In this document: positions 11,001-22,026 of the stretch, piece by piece | Layout: each line of letters opens with the position of its first letter | Numbering within the stretch: the first letter of the stretch is position 1 | Source of the DNA: Callorhinchus milii | Lineage: Eukaryota | Reading direction: 5' to 3' | DNA length: 64,000 nucleotides | NCBI RefSeq assembly: GCF_018977255.1 | Contig: NW_024704772.1 | Coordinates: forward strand, 62,001 to 126,000 | Notes under the pieces: model-generated | Seen by the model: only the letters and a program-made list of their open reading frames with translations | The model's database searches: none | Told to the model about the DNA's origin: nothing | Position numbers and translations under genes: made by a program

Positions 11001-14000
11001 AGCGAAGCTGACAAGCGATGACCACCACTTGCTCACGGGGTCAGGAACTGACAATAAAAACATTCCATTTACGAGCATCAAGAGAATTGTTTTTAATTAT
11101 TATAAATTAATTGTGTAACGTTTTCATCAAGGCCCAATTAGGCAACCATTTGTAATGAGAAAACCAGACCCACGCACAGGCAGCCACATCTCGATATACT
11201 TTGGGAGGAAGCTTTCTCACCGTGAGGACGTTAAAAGGAGTTTCCACGTGGATTCCATATCGGGGATTCCCATTAGAAATTAACATGTTAGAAATCATTA
11301 GATAGTTGTTGCAAAGCGGGTTCTAATGGGAGCAAAAGAGCTCACACAGATCTCAACGTTACCAGACCCGCAGCAAACGGTCATTAGTCAATTTGTTATA
11401 ACTGCACACTAGAGAGAACCATGATGGGAGGAGCTGATTTACATTGACATCAAAATAGTATGTTGCTTTTAAATCAACTAACATAAAACCAGGAACGTCA
11501 CAAAATGACAAGTATGAAACTTGAAACAAATATTAAAAACACGACATTCACAAGAACCTGTTGTTAAGTGACTAAAGCAACAAAGTCAATATTTGTTTCT
11601 GAACGTTTAACTACAAAACCTACAAACTTACTTCTTACTATTATAATCGTTAAACATATATTTCTATCTCTAAGGTTATTCTGTGTCTTTAGGCTACGCT
11701 CTCACCTGTGGTTATTCTCAGGCTGGATTCAATGGCAAACGCTTGGGTTGAGCTCCTGGCTGTGTCAGCACAACTATTGAGCAATTGCAAGTATTCAAAG
11801 GCACTGGAGAAGTCTCTGTAGCAGCAGAGAAACAAGCTGGTTACTGTAAAGCTAATTGACCCGAGCCAGTCTGACATGTTTATGATACGAAGAATAAGAG
11901 GAACGCAGCAGTGAGTTACATCAGACCAATAATACATACCCAGCTCCCTCAGTCTCTGGCCGGACCAGAGAGTAAACAGCTTTTTCCAGCAGATTTTCAC
12001 AGAATGCCTGGTTCACCTGAGCAACTGGATCAACTGTAGCAGGAAAAGAAAATTGTCATCACAATTTTACAATTAATCATTTCAAGTGAAAGGAGATAAC
12101 AGTGCCTGGAGCGAACACAAGACTATGTGACACAGAATCCTAGATTAACCTCGGGTAATAAAGCTTCTTATTACGTCCATACCTGGGTTCCTCGGGGAGC
12201 TATACAGACTCTCGCTCCGAGTGGATTTAACAGACCAATCATAGTTCACAAAGAACTGGCGGCCCAGACGATGGAACAGCCAGTGAAACGTGTCCTGTTC
12301 ATAAGCACCAGGTGACAGACTCACGCGCTGGGCTCCACACAGGAAATAATGCTAAAAATGGGAAAATAATTCATTCAATTTGTCGGTAAAATGCAAGTGC
12401 CTTGATTCATGTTTTGATAAAACCTACAAAATCTGCATTTGGGGATTTTCCAGGAATGTAATAATTCAGATTTTATAGATGAGGCGGGTGAAAGCATTGC
12501 ACTCTTTAAAGACAGAAGTAATGGTTGAGAAGTAAAATGGGAAGGATATAAAAAGCACCAATTTAGCAGTTGAACTTTTCTTTGATTCATTGTCTTTCAT
12601 TAAAAAAATGTGATTTTCCATTAAATGCAGGTATTGTATTTTGCCCCAGGCCTCTGTGAGCCTTACCCTAAAGACAACCCAATGTACAGCAGCATGTTAT
12701 CACCGCTTAGTGAGACAATCTACTTACTGCCAAGAAGCACAGTTTGTTACTGAAGCTGGTTTTCAGGCAAATGGCAGCCGTCACGTAGATTTCAGCCATA
12801 AGACTTGGCGGGATTTTGTCTGCCGCCCCCTCTGCCAGATTGACAGCACATAGAGCCAGGTTGATGGCCTGCACAGGACTGCCCACCAGTTTACCTGTGT
12901 TTAAGGGAAGCAGGAAAGACAAAGCTTTCTTGTTAACTTTTACCACCTGATACTTCTGTTTGACATTGCAACTGTTAGACATGAGAAGAGATGAACAATG
13001 TCAATGTCAGGGAAACCCATGGGGCAGGTTAGGGACCAGCTGTTTGCTGGTGTCAGCTGCAGCCACATGGCCTGTGGCCTTCTCAGGGTTAGTTGGACTT
13101 CCAGGTTCTGGTCCCTCTTTTACCTGTTTACGTGTGGCCGACAAACACACCCCAACACCAGACAGGGAGACAAGCACACCCCAACACCAGGCTGGCCACC
13201 AGAGACTTATACCAATGGGAGTCGAGTACAATCCAACCCAATCGCAAATAAGATACAACAACCTCCAATGGGTACAAGCCAACACCACAAGGCAACCTTC
13301 ACAGATTGTTACACAGAAATGTGTGGTTGTTTTCCCTCCCCTGCCCTCCCCCCACACACACTTGTGCGCACACACACACCTGATCACTTCCCATTCTCCT
13401 GTCTTTCATCCTGGATGCTGACGATGGGAACCTACCTGTGAGCTGCAGTTGGTGCAGTTTGTGATAAACCAGGGCAGCATCTCGGGCACTCAGTTTAGCT
13501 TCTTCCTGGATGTGAAGCCCTCGCCTGAGGCCGCGTGTCACCCTCAGCAGCCACCGCGTCACCACCAGCTTGTGGAGGCTGTGTCGGAGGATGTTCCAGC
13601 ATAAGCTGCAGCCGAGGTCCAGCCGCGAAGCCGGTAATGCCCGGCCCAACGCCGACAGGCAGGTCTGCAAGTTCCCAGCCGCAGCAGCAAAGTCACCCTG
13701 AGATAAAACACATTGTTGGCTCAAGACGTTTATTTTGCATGAAAACATTTTACAGTTACTATGTAAATACTGCCTATTACAATATAATTTACTGCCACAT
13801 ACCAATCACCAATCAGACACCAACATAACACAATCCAAGCAAACGGAGTTCAGTTCCTACCCTGCCAAGGTCCAGGTCCGCTTGCTTGCGATGTCTCCAG
13901 AACGTGATGGACGATTGGGAATGGAGACGTGTAACAGGCTCCCCGTAAACAAAGAGTTTAACAAACACACTCAGAACAATGACGCCATTCACAAGCCAGA

Positions 14001-17000
14001 GGATTAACGTGGGCAGCATCCAATCTAACCAACTTCTGGAGACCTCTAAACAGGGAAGGTAAACAAAAGGAAACTTTAGTAAATAACAATAACAAATTAC
14101 AATTGTATGGCACCTTTCACGTCAGGAAGACATCCTAAAGCTCTGAAAACAATCTGAAAAAAAGGTCTATTTTTATATTAATAAGTAGAGATTTGAAGGA
14201 GTACACGTGTATAAACCTAACGGCACATTCCACACACACAGATGATTAAACACTGACCAGACTGAAGTCCCAGCATGTTTCTCCCGTGATGTCCAGCACC
14301 TTCAGCCAGGTCCGAGTGGCCTCCCCGCTGAAGCAGTGATGTGAGTGGGTTGAAGGAAAGGCAAAGGAAGGTCAGGGTGCAGAGCAGAATACGAGAGCGA
14401 TCGAGCATCGCCAGGGCAGGGGGGGACAGGGGCTCCTCCTTTACCTGAGGAGAACAGAGAAGCTGTAATGAAATACAACAACTTGCATTTATATAGTGCC
14501 CTCCACGTGGAGTAGCGTCCTGGAGCGCTTACTAAATGTGAAATACACACACTGTACGACAGTCAGGTGAACACAGAGAAACAGGATCAGGGTCAGCCAC
14601 TAACATAACTTGCTGACACGCACTGTCCAGTGGGTGAGGCGGAGGGACTGTGGGATGGAGTTCAAGAGAGTGGGGGGAGAGTGGCTTAAGGCCTGCCCGG
14701 CAATGGTGGGGCGAGCAAGGTGGGGACGTGATTACCGTGGTGTCCTCGAGGAGGGGGCTGCCCGGCTCGGAGTCAATGGAACAAGGTGAGAAGGTGCCCA
14801 GAGACCCAGAGTCGGAGGGTGGTGGTGTGCAGAAAAAATCTTCCTTCACATCAACGTCAAAGTCCATCAGACAGGAAATCTCCATCTCCTTGGGAACCTC
14901 TGTAAATGCAGAGACAGGAAAAGATAAATCAACAACAACTGAAATCAAGGCCTAAACTTAAACATCTATAAAGTGGAAAACATAATATCGGAGCATAATC
15001 AATTCTCAACAAGATTCAACAGGACTGAGAATTGTCAGTAGTTAATAGTTCCTGAAGGGAAATGCCACCAGACACCATCACTAACAGAGAAATTGTGGGG
15101 AATGAACATACTACACAAATGAATATGTTTGACTCACTGCTTCTCTGTGTGGCCACCTTCAGTGCCATGTTCTCCTGACGCAGCTTGTGATTGGCCTGTT
15201 GAAGATATTTAATATAATCGATGGCCTTCCTCAGGACTCCAGATTTGTTCATCTGTAAATACAGCCAAGCCCAAGTAGTGAGTGCCTTTCTGGATTTAAA
15301 TCATAGATTTCAACCAAATACATTTAGTGAAGCCGAAACAAACAGCACAGGAGTTCTGCAACAATAGGCATTCAAACTTCTCCTAAAGATTTCCCTTCAG
15401 CCCTGGGAAGTTTATGTTTCACAGAAATAGCAGAGCACTGCATGGGAACAGTTTGTGTATAAGCACCAGCTCAGTTGGTAATGTCAGATTGTTGTGGGTT
15501 CGAGCCCCACACCTGGCCTGATACCCCACGGCAGTATTGGGGAACGCTGCAATGTCAGAGGTGCCAACCTTTGGCTGAGAATACAAGCCCCGCCCCTCCT
15601 GCTGTTATCAATTGGACATTAAAAGATTTTGTGACACGATCTACATAGGATAAAAGAGCTTCTCCCATCTCCTGGTCAACAATTAACTGCTCACTCAAAT
15701 CACAGCTATTGGTTGAACGCTGCTGTACACAAAAAAGTAATTGCATTAAAAAAAGCGTTAACAGGCGCCAAGCAATTACTGTAACAATGTACCTTGTTTC
15801 TACATAAACTCCTTCAGTAAGTGACTTACCTTAGATTCAGACCCCATCACCAGATCCTTCAGCTCAATGATTTTATCATTGATGGATGATCTGTAACGTT
15901 TCTCAATGATGTTGTGTGTAGTTCGTTTCTCACCCTCCTTCAGGCCTTCCACTGGGAACTTCCCATTCCCAACGAGCTGCTTGATTGGAAGTTTGTCTGG
16001 GCCAACCATCATGGGCAGAGTCGTCAGAATGGTTCCATTACTGCTAACCAGCGTCTGTGGTTAATAAAGTCAAAATCAGATATCTACCAAACACTGAGTA
16101 CATTGTCTCAGTTCTCCTCTGTAAACCACACCAACGAATTACATTTGTACAACGCCTTTCACGTCAGGAGGACGTCCTAAGGCACTGGACAGTCAGGGAT
16201 TCGCACCTACACAAGCACCAGTTATTGCAGCCTTGGCCCATGAACTTCTCCAGCTACTCCTCAGAAGTGCTCTCAAGAAAGCAATCTCTGCTTGACTGTG
16301 ATTAACTGAACTCACCGGCATTTGCAAAGCTGCTGTCTGCACTGGAGTTGTCAATGTGGTGATGGTCGGATTCTGCATCGTGGCAATAACTGGATTGCGG
16401 TCAGATTTCAAAGTTGTGAGGACAAGGGAGTCGGACTTTATCAGCTGAGGCTGCACCAGCACCTGGACAGAGAAAATCCAATTATTTACGGAATAACAAC
16501 AAATTACATTTGTATAGCTTAGCTAACAGGAGAACTCACTTATGATGGGATGGAAAAAGAGAAATATTATTATTATTTTAACACATTGTATGACAGTAGC
16601 AACTTTAAAAATGTACAAATGTTTAGTATTAACTTTTCCAATTATAGTAATAATCCTTGCATTTGATATAGTGCTTCATCATGTCTTCGAAATGTCTCAA
16701 AGCCCTTCACAGAATATGAAGTGAATTGACTATATATTTTGTGAGCGAAACAGAGAAGCCCATTGCGCACATTAGTGTCCTACAAAGAGTTGCAGATTGA
16801 GTGACCAAAATTCTTTTTTTTTTTTAATTCATTCAAAATGCATGTGACTTTTTTGTTATTATTGCATTGCTGCTTGTCAGATATAGTGAGTTCCTTGTTT
16901 GCCGAAAATAATAATAATCCTGGCATTTGATACAGTGCCTTAACATGTCTTTGAGACGTCTCAAAACACTTCACAGAATATACTGTAAAATGAATTGACT

Positions 17001-20000
17001 GGATATTTGGGGTGCGAAACGTGAATTCCATCATTTGCAATTAATCTTATTTGCCAAAGCTGGTCAGTAGTTTATTTTACATGAAAAGAATGATATAAAT
17101 ACAGGCTTCTGTTTGTGATTACCTGTTGTACCTGTGGTGAGATTGTGGCGGAGGCTGGGGTGAGGGTCTGGATGGTGGCTGTTGTTGCTGAGGTGAACAT
17201 CCTGTGAGTGGACAGAGCCCCAAGACCCTGCTGCTGGATAGTGACCGGTTGGATCTGCTGAGAGGTCACCAGGCCCTGCATCTGAGGTTGAAGAACTGCA
17301 AGAAAAACAGCCAATGTTTAACATAACTTAATAATAATACTTTAATAATACTTGCATTTGACATAGCGCTTCATCACGTCGTCAAGACACCTCAAAGTGC
17401 TTTGCCGGATCCACTGTAAAATGAAGTGACTGTATATTCTGTGAGCGAACACGGCAACCAATTTGCACCCAGCAATGTCCCACAGACAAACATGAAGCAA
17501 CCGCAAGACATTCTAAACTACATCCTATAAATGTAATCTCAACATGTGGTGAAAATAATAACATATGGTAATAATAATGTGTTAGTAATAATAATAACTT
17601 TTGGTAATAACAGTAATATGTGATAATAATATGTGGTAATAACAATATGTGATAGTAATAACAATGTGTGGTAGTAATAATAATAATAACATGTACCTGA
17701 GAAGCTAGGGTTCTGGTAGGCTAGTACAGGCTGTTGGATGAAGCGAGTTTGCGTGGGAGTGAAATTTGAAGTGATCATGAAGGTTTGCTGCTGTGGTTGT
17801 GACTGCACTAAAGGCCGAGGCTGAAGTACAGGCGTCGTCCTGTGTGAGACGGGTACTGGGACCTGTGTCAGAGCTGGCGGGGAACACAACTGTAACTGCT
17901 GTTGTAAAACTTGCTGCTGCTGTAGTTGTTGTGGCTGTAATTGTTGTTGTTGCTGCAGTTGTTGTGGTTGTAATTGCAGTTGTATTTGTTGTTGTTGCTG
18001 TTGTGGTGGTTGCTGTTGTGGTTGTGGTTGTTGTTGCTGCTGCACTTGTTGTTGGGGTTGTGGCTGTTGGGTAGGAACTGGCGGCTGCTCCAACTTTTCA
18101 TTGTTGAAATGTTCTTCAAACAGGTCTGGGAAATCCCCCACCTGACCACTGACAAACTCCAACATTTCTGATGAGGCAAAGAATAAAACATCTGATGTCA
18201 ATCAAGTGCACGGATTGGTGCAGTGAGGAAACAAAGATGTCTACAGTGTTGCACAGTATTTATTATTTATTATTCTGCATCCAAATTATTTAAGCAATTA
18301 AGGATTTTGAAAGGGTGACACAGAATATTAGGGATAGAACCGAACTAATAAAATAGCAGATCAGGTCAGATGTACCAAAGGTTCTTATGTTCTTAAAACC
18401 CATCTGTGAAATGTCCAGACATGTTAAATGTATAAGGAATCAGTAATTAACGATGAGAAGTGACTTCCAGCATCGCAGAATTGTTCAGATGAGATCCACA
18501 ATCCACAGTAACTGGAGAGCGTTACAACATGAGGATGATGTGACGTGAATGTGTCATCATTGCCAACCCCCCGTTTTAAGACTATCTGAAACTGACACTC
18601 GATGTTCCTGTTGAACAAGAAGCCAATCCCCAACAACAATTTATAAGTATTCTTCACACAGAATAACTTCTTTGCAATCGTAACTTGGCAAACAAACTCC
18701 ATCACAGATATTGTTAACATTTATAAATAATCCTAAAAGCATCCAGTGGGAATGGTATCAGTGTGTAAACACGCAGCACAAGCAGAGATCACAGTGTTGC
18801 TTCCTGTCTGTCACAACGTCAGAAACACAGAGAGTTTGTTCTGCAAACTGTCCAGCTGACATGACACGGAGCAGAAGGTGTGACACAGTCGGGGCCTGAG
18901 CCCCTCAGACACACAACAAACTGCCCCGAGCAGCCGTGTCAGTGACAGGTCAATCCTCACACCATCAGCCAGTGAGTGACACGGGGACAAAAGCTGCTCA
19001 AAACACACAGACAGACTTTCTCGCTGTCGCTCAACAGATTGTTCCTGTGACGTGTCTCAATGACCTGATAATAACAACAACAATACAGCGGCTCATCACA
19101 ATATACTGCAAAGTGAATAGACTGTATTTTGTGAGCGAAACCAGCAGCCAGTGACCCCCCCACAGGGATGGACTGAGTGACCAAATTATTATTTATCTAT
19201 TATTTTCTTAAAGGGATTATTACAGCTGTGTGTGTGTGTGGGGGGGGGGGGCTGTGTGTGGGGGAGCTTTGTGTGTGTGTGTAGGGGGGGTCTGTGTAGG
19301 GGGGGGCTTTGTGTGTGTGTGGGGGCTGTGTATGGGGGGGGGCTGTGTGTGGGGGCCTGTGTGTGTGGGGGGGGCTGTGTGTGTGGGGGGGGCTGTGGGG
19401 GAGGGCTGTGTGTGTGTGGGGGCTGTGTGTGTGTGGGGGCAGTGTGTGGGGAGGGGGCTGTGTGTGGGGAGAGGGCTGTGTGTGGGGAGAGGGCTGTGTG
19501 TGGTGGGGGCTGTGTGTGGGGGGGCAGTGTGTGTGGGGGGCAGTGTGTGTGGGGGGGCAGTGTGTGTGGGGGGGCAGTGTGTGTGGGGGGGCAGTGTGTG
19601 TGGGGGGGCAGTGTGTGGGGGGGGGGCAGTGTGTGGGGGGGGGCAGTGTGTGGGGGGGGGGGGGGCAGTGTGTGGGGGGGGGCAGTGTGTGGGGGGGGGG
19701 CGTGTGTGTGTGGGGGCTGTGTGTGTGGGGGCTGTGGGGGGGGGCTGTGTGTGTGTGTGGGGGCTGTGTGTGTGTGGGGGCTGTGGGGGGGGCTGTGTGG
19801 GGGGGGCAGTGTGTGGGGGGGCAGTGTGGGGGCAGTGTGTGTGGGGGCAGTGTGTGTGGGGTGTGGGGGCAGTGTGTGTGGGGGGCAGTGTGTGGGGGGG
19901 CAGTGTGTGGGGGGGCAGTGTGTGTGGGGGGCAGTGTGTGGGGGGGGCAGTGTGTGGGGGGGGCAGTGTGTGTGGGGGGGGCTGTGTGTGTGGGGGGGCA

Positions 20001-20683
20001 GTGTGTGGGGGGGGCAGTGTGTGGGGGGGGCAGTGTGTGTGGGGGGCAGTGTGTGTGGGGGCAGTGTGTGTGGGGGGCAGTGTGTGTGGGGGGCAGTGTG
20101 TGTGGGGGGCAGTGTGTGTGTTGGGGGCAGTGTGTGTGGTGGGGCAGTGTGTGTGGGGGGGCAGTGTGGTGGGGGGGGCTGTGGGGGGGGGGGCTGTGGG
20201 TGGGGGGGGGGGGGGGGGGGGAGGGGGGGGGGGGGGGCTGTGGGGGGGGGCTGTGGGGGGGGGGGCTGTGGGGGGGGGGCTGTGGGGGGGGGGCTGTGGG
20301 GGGGGGGTCAGTGTGTGTGGGGGCACTGTGTGGGGGGGCAGTGTGTGTGGGGGGGCTGTGGGGGGGGCAGTGTGGGGGGGGCAGTGGGGAGGGGCTGTGG
20401 GGGGGGGCAGTGTGTGGGGGCTGTGGGGGGGGGCAGTGTTGGGGGGCAGTGTGTGTGGGGGGGCAGTGTGTGTGGGGGGGGCAGTGTGTGGGGGGGCAGT
20501 GTGGGGGGGGCAGTGTGTGTGGGGGGCTGTGGGGGGGGCTGTGGGGGGCTGGGGGGGGGGGGCTGTGGGGGGTAAACCCAGTGACAAACACCGGGAGCCG
20601 CTCTCACCGTCGATGTCCCCGAAGTTGAGCTCGTCACTGAGGGCCGCGAGCGCCGGGTCCAGTGTCAGGTCCGCGGGGTCCAT
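8076..20683 (-). CDS. SREBF2: Sterol regulatory element-binding protein 2, 19 exons, about 1128 aa
   Basis: Exons 20683-20608, 18167-17697, 17295-17123, 16462-16316, 16054-15830, 15252-15138, 14899-14736, 14444-14258, 14045-13861, 13697-13436, 12894-12728, 12351-12183, 12033-11940, 11815-11706, 11047-10915, 10588-10420, 9611-9405, 9045-8934, 8296-8076; frame continuous. b[22 protein letters not shown] with the SREBP-specific Tyr, DRSR plus TM1 with NP (S2P), RNML (S1P RxxL), TM2, and C-terminus LEHSLRRR...[11 protein letters not shown] are SREBF2-type. Confidence 0.97.
8490..8650 (+). mobile_element. Fragment of the same old repeat family as 21230-21650
   Basis: ctctctctcccctggagggacatatcctgc...aattccggag...aggttgg...ccaaggct...cccagagggtgtgc aligns with 21310-21418. 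Confidence 0.65.
9950..10092 (+). repeat. Degenerate 27-33-bp tandem repeat beside miR-33
   Basis: gagggtgacactgtcctggggactacatt-like unit x about 5. Confidence 0.8.
10138..10204 (-). ncRNA. MIR33: pre-miR-33 (miR-33a type) in SREBF2 intron 16
   Basis: Minus strand CTGTGGTGCATTGTAGTTGCATTGCA-loop-TGCAATGTGTCTGCAGTGCAATACAG forms a hairpin. Mature GUGCAUUGUAGUUGCAUUGCA at 10199-10179. Lies between exons 16 and 17, as established for miR-33a. Confidence 0.97.
10813..10892 (+). repeat. 25-bp tandem repeat x3 in SREBF2 intron 15
   Basis: aggtgtagggatggcaatgggagcc at 10813, 10838 and 10863. Confidence 0.9.
15460..15750 (+). mobile_element. Degenerate Deu-domain SINE (SacSINE1/AmnSINE-like)
   Basis: tRNA-like head (cagctcagttggta...gggttcgagcccc), then gcagtattggggaacgctgcaatgtcagaggtgcc...taaaagat, resembling the recalled DeuSINE body. 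Related fragments at about 50920-50990, 54480-54570, 56745-56970 and 58360-58490. Confidence 0.6.
19225..20572 (+). repeat. 1.35-kb G-rich minisatellite [G5-8 CAGT(GT)n / G5-8 CT(GT)n] in SREBF2 intron 1
   Basis: Directly visible; starts about 35 nt after the exon 1 donor; G-runs lie on the template strand. Confidence 0.97.
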
Positions 20684-20930
20684 GTCGGCGCCGCCGCTTC
20701 TCTCCTCCTCGCGCGGCTCCTCACTTCCCGCCGCCGCCCCCGCGCGCGCTCCCCGCCGCCATCTTGCGCTGACGTCACCCGCCCACTGGCACCAGCCGAA
20801 CACGAGACGCGCCGCCGGCCAATGGGAGGCCGCCCCGGCTGTGGCGCGAGGCAGCGTCCGCGATCAGAACATCCGTCACCATGGCGACAGCCCCGCCCAC
20901 AACCTCTCACAGCCATCAGGCGGGGCTCCC
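20684..20930 (-). promoter_or_regulatory. SREBF2 CpG-island promoter / 5' UTR
   Basis: YY1 site AAGATGGCGG (minus strand, about 20756-20765), CRE TGACGTCA at 20770-20777, GC boxes at about 20778-20786 and 20891-20899, CCAAT at 20819-20823, X-box-like GTCACCATGGCGAC at 20875-20888. Confidence 0.75.
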
Positions 20931-20957
20931 CGACACACGTCAGAGGAGCGAGCCTCC

Positions 20958-21180
20958 CTGTACTGCAGTGACTGGCCACAGGGGTGGGGGGGGCGCTGTG
21001 CACCAGTGCTCCCTGTACTCGTGACCGACCAGGGGCTCTCTTGGGTGGTGCTCTCTGTACTGCTGTGACTGACCAGAGGAGGTGCTGTGCACTACTGCTC
21101 CCTGTACTGCTGTGACTGACCAGAGGAGGTGCTGTGCACTACTGCTCCCTGTACTGCTGTGACTGACCAGAGGAGGGCGC
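20958..21180 (+). repeat. 47-bp tandem repeat upstream of the SREBF2 promoter
   Basis: tgtactgctgtgactgaccagaggaggtgctgtgcactactgctccc at 21056, 21103 and 21150 (partial), plus two degenerate units from 20958. Confidence 0.9.
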
Positions 21181-21229
21181 TCGTGTTCGCCCACAAATAC
21201 ACTGCGGAAACCCATCACTGTGCTCGAGA

Positions 21230-21650
21230 GTCTCCAAACCAACTTGAGATTTCCATTCATCGCACCTACACATGGAAATCCCAGGAATAATTGTTGGAAT
21301 GGAATGCGCTCTCTCCCGCTCTCTCTGGAGGGACACATCTTGCTAACCTAATTCCAGAAAGTATTAGGGCTCAGGTTGGGAAGAGCCAAGGCTCGGGGGG
21401 AACCCAGAGTGTGCGTTGGGGTAACTGCTGGAGTCTGACCAGTCGAAACTGCACAACTTGCTGTCCACATCACTGTCTGGCCAGCTTTCCGGCTGCTTGT
21501 CCAGCTGGGACCACCCTATTCGTTAGGGCTTTGGTTTGCAGGATTAATGGGAACTGAATGGGATGATTCCCTGCCCCAGGGACTGGTCTGCCCTCCCAAG
21601 TTTTGCCAATGAACCGGGCTGATCCCACCACGGTGGATTCCAATCTCTGT
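21230..21650 (+). mobile_element. Old interspersed repeat (unidentified family)
   Basis: Colinear with the reverse complement of 59570-59900; also matches 8490-8650 and 1063-1185. Confidence 0.75.
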
Positions 21651-22026
21651 GTAGCCAAACTCGTGTTTCAAGAGGAAATTCAATGTTTTGTTTTAAAATG
21701 GCAAATGTACGTTTGAGGTAATCCAATGAGGTCACTGACGATTGTGTTTCATTGCCCCCCCCCACGCATGCACTCACCCTCCCTCGCCAAGACACACACA
21801 CAAAGAATGCTCTCAATTCTGTTGAATGGGTTATAGTTTTAAAAAGCGGAATGATAAACTTCCTCGTTGGAGATAAATTAGCAGTTCGAGTGCAAACCTA
21901 TATTATAGGTCACTGCCTGGCCACAATGGCTTTGTTGACACAAATACAGAGATTTAAGATAGTGGAACATTTAACCAACTCCAGGCAACGGCAGCAGCAT
22001 CTGGGACATCGCTGGACATTCAGAGG

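Noticed and set aside
12960-13441. Overlapping 126-153-aa ORFs in SREBF2 intron 10
   Set aside because: No domain similarity or codon bias; they include a short direct repeat and a CA tract; probably decayed repeat sequence.
8076-20683. Alternative identity SREBF1 / miR-33b (given the nearby TOM1L2-like residues)
   Set aside because: [19 protein letters not shown], the IAAS terminus, the miR-33a-type mature sequence and CCDC134 adjacency all indicate SREBF2.
19200-21068. Long ORFs of 440-610 aa (Pro/His/Thr- or Gly/Val/Cys-rich)
   Set aside because: Stop-free translations of the G-rich minisatellite in several frames on both strands; only 20683-20608 is real coding sequence (SREBF2 exon 1).
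20958-21180. Possible CTCF sites in the 47-bp repeat (GACCAGAGGAGGTGC / CCAGAGGAGGGCGC)
   Set aside because: Spacing does not fit CCASYAGRKGGCRS; too weak to call by eye.
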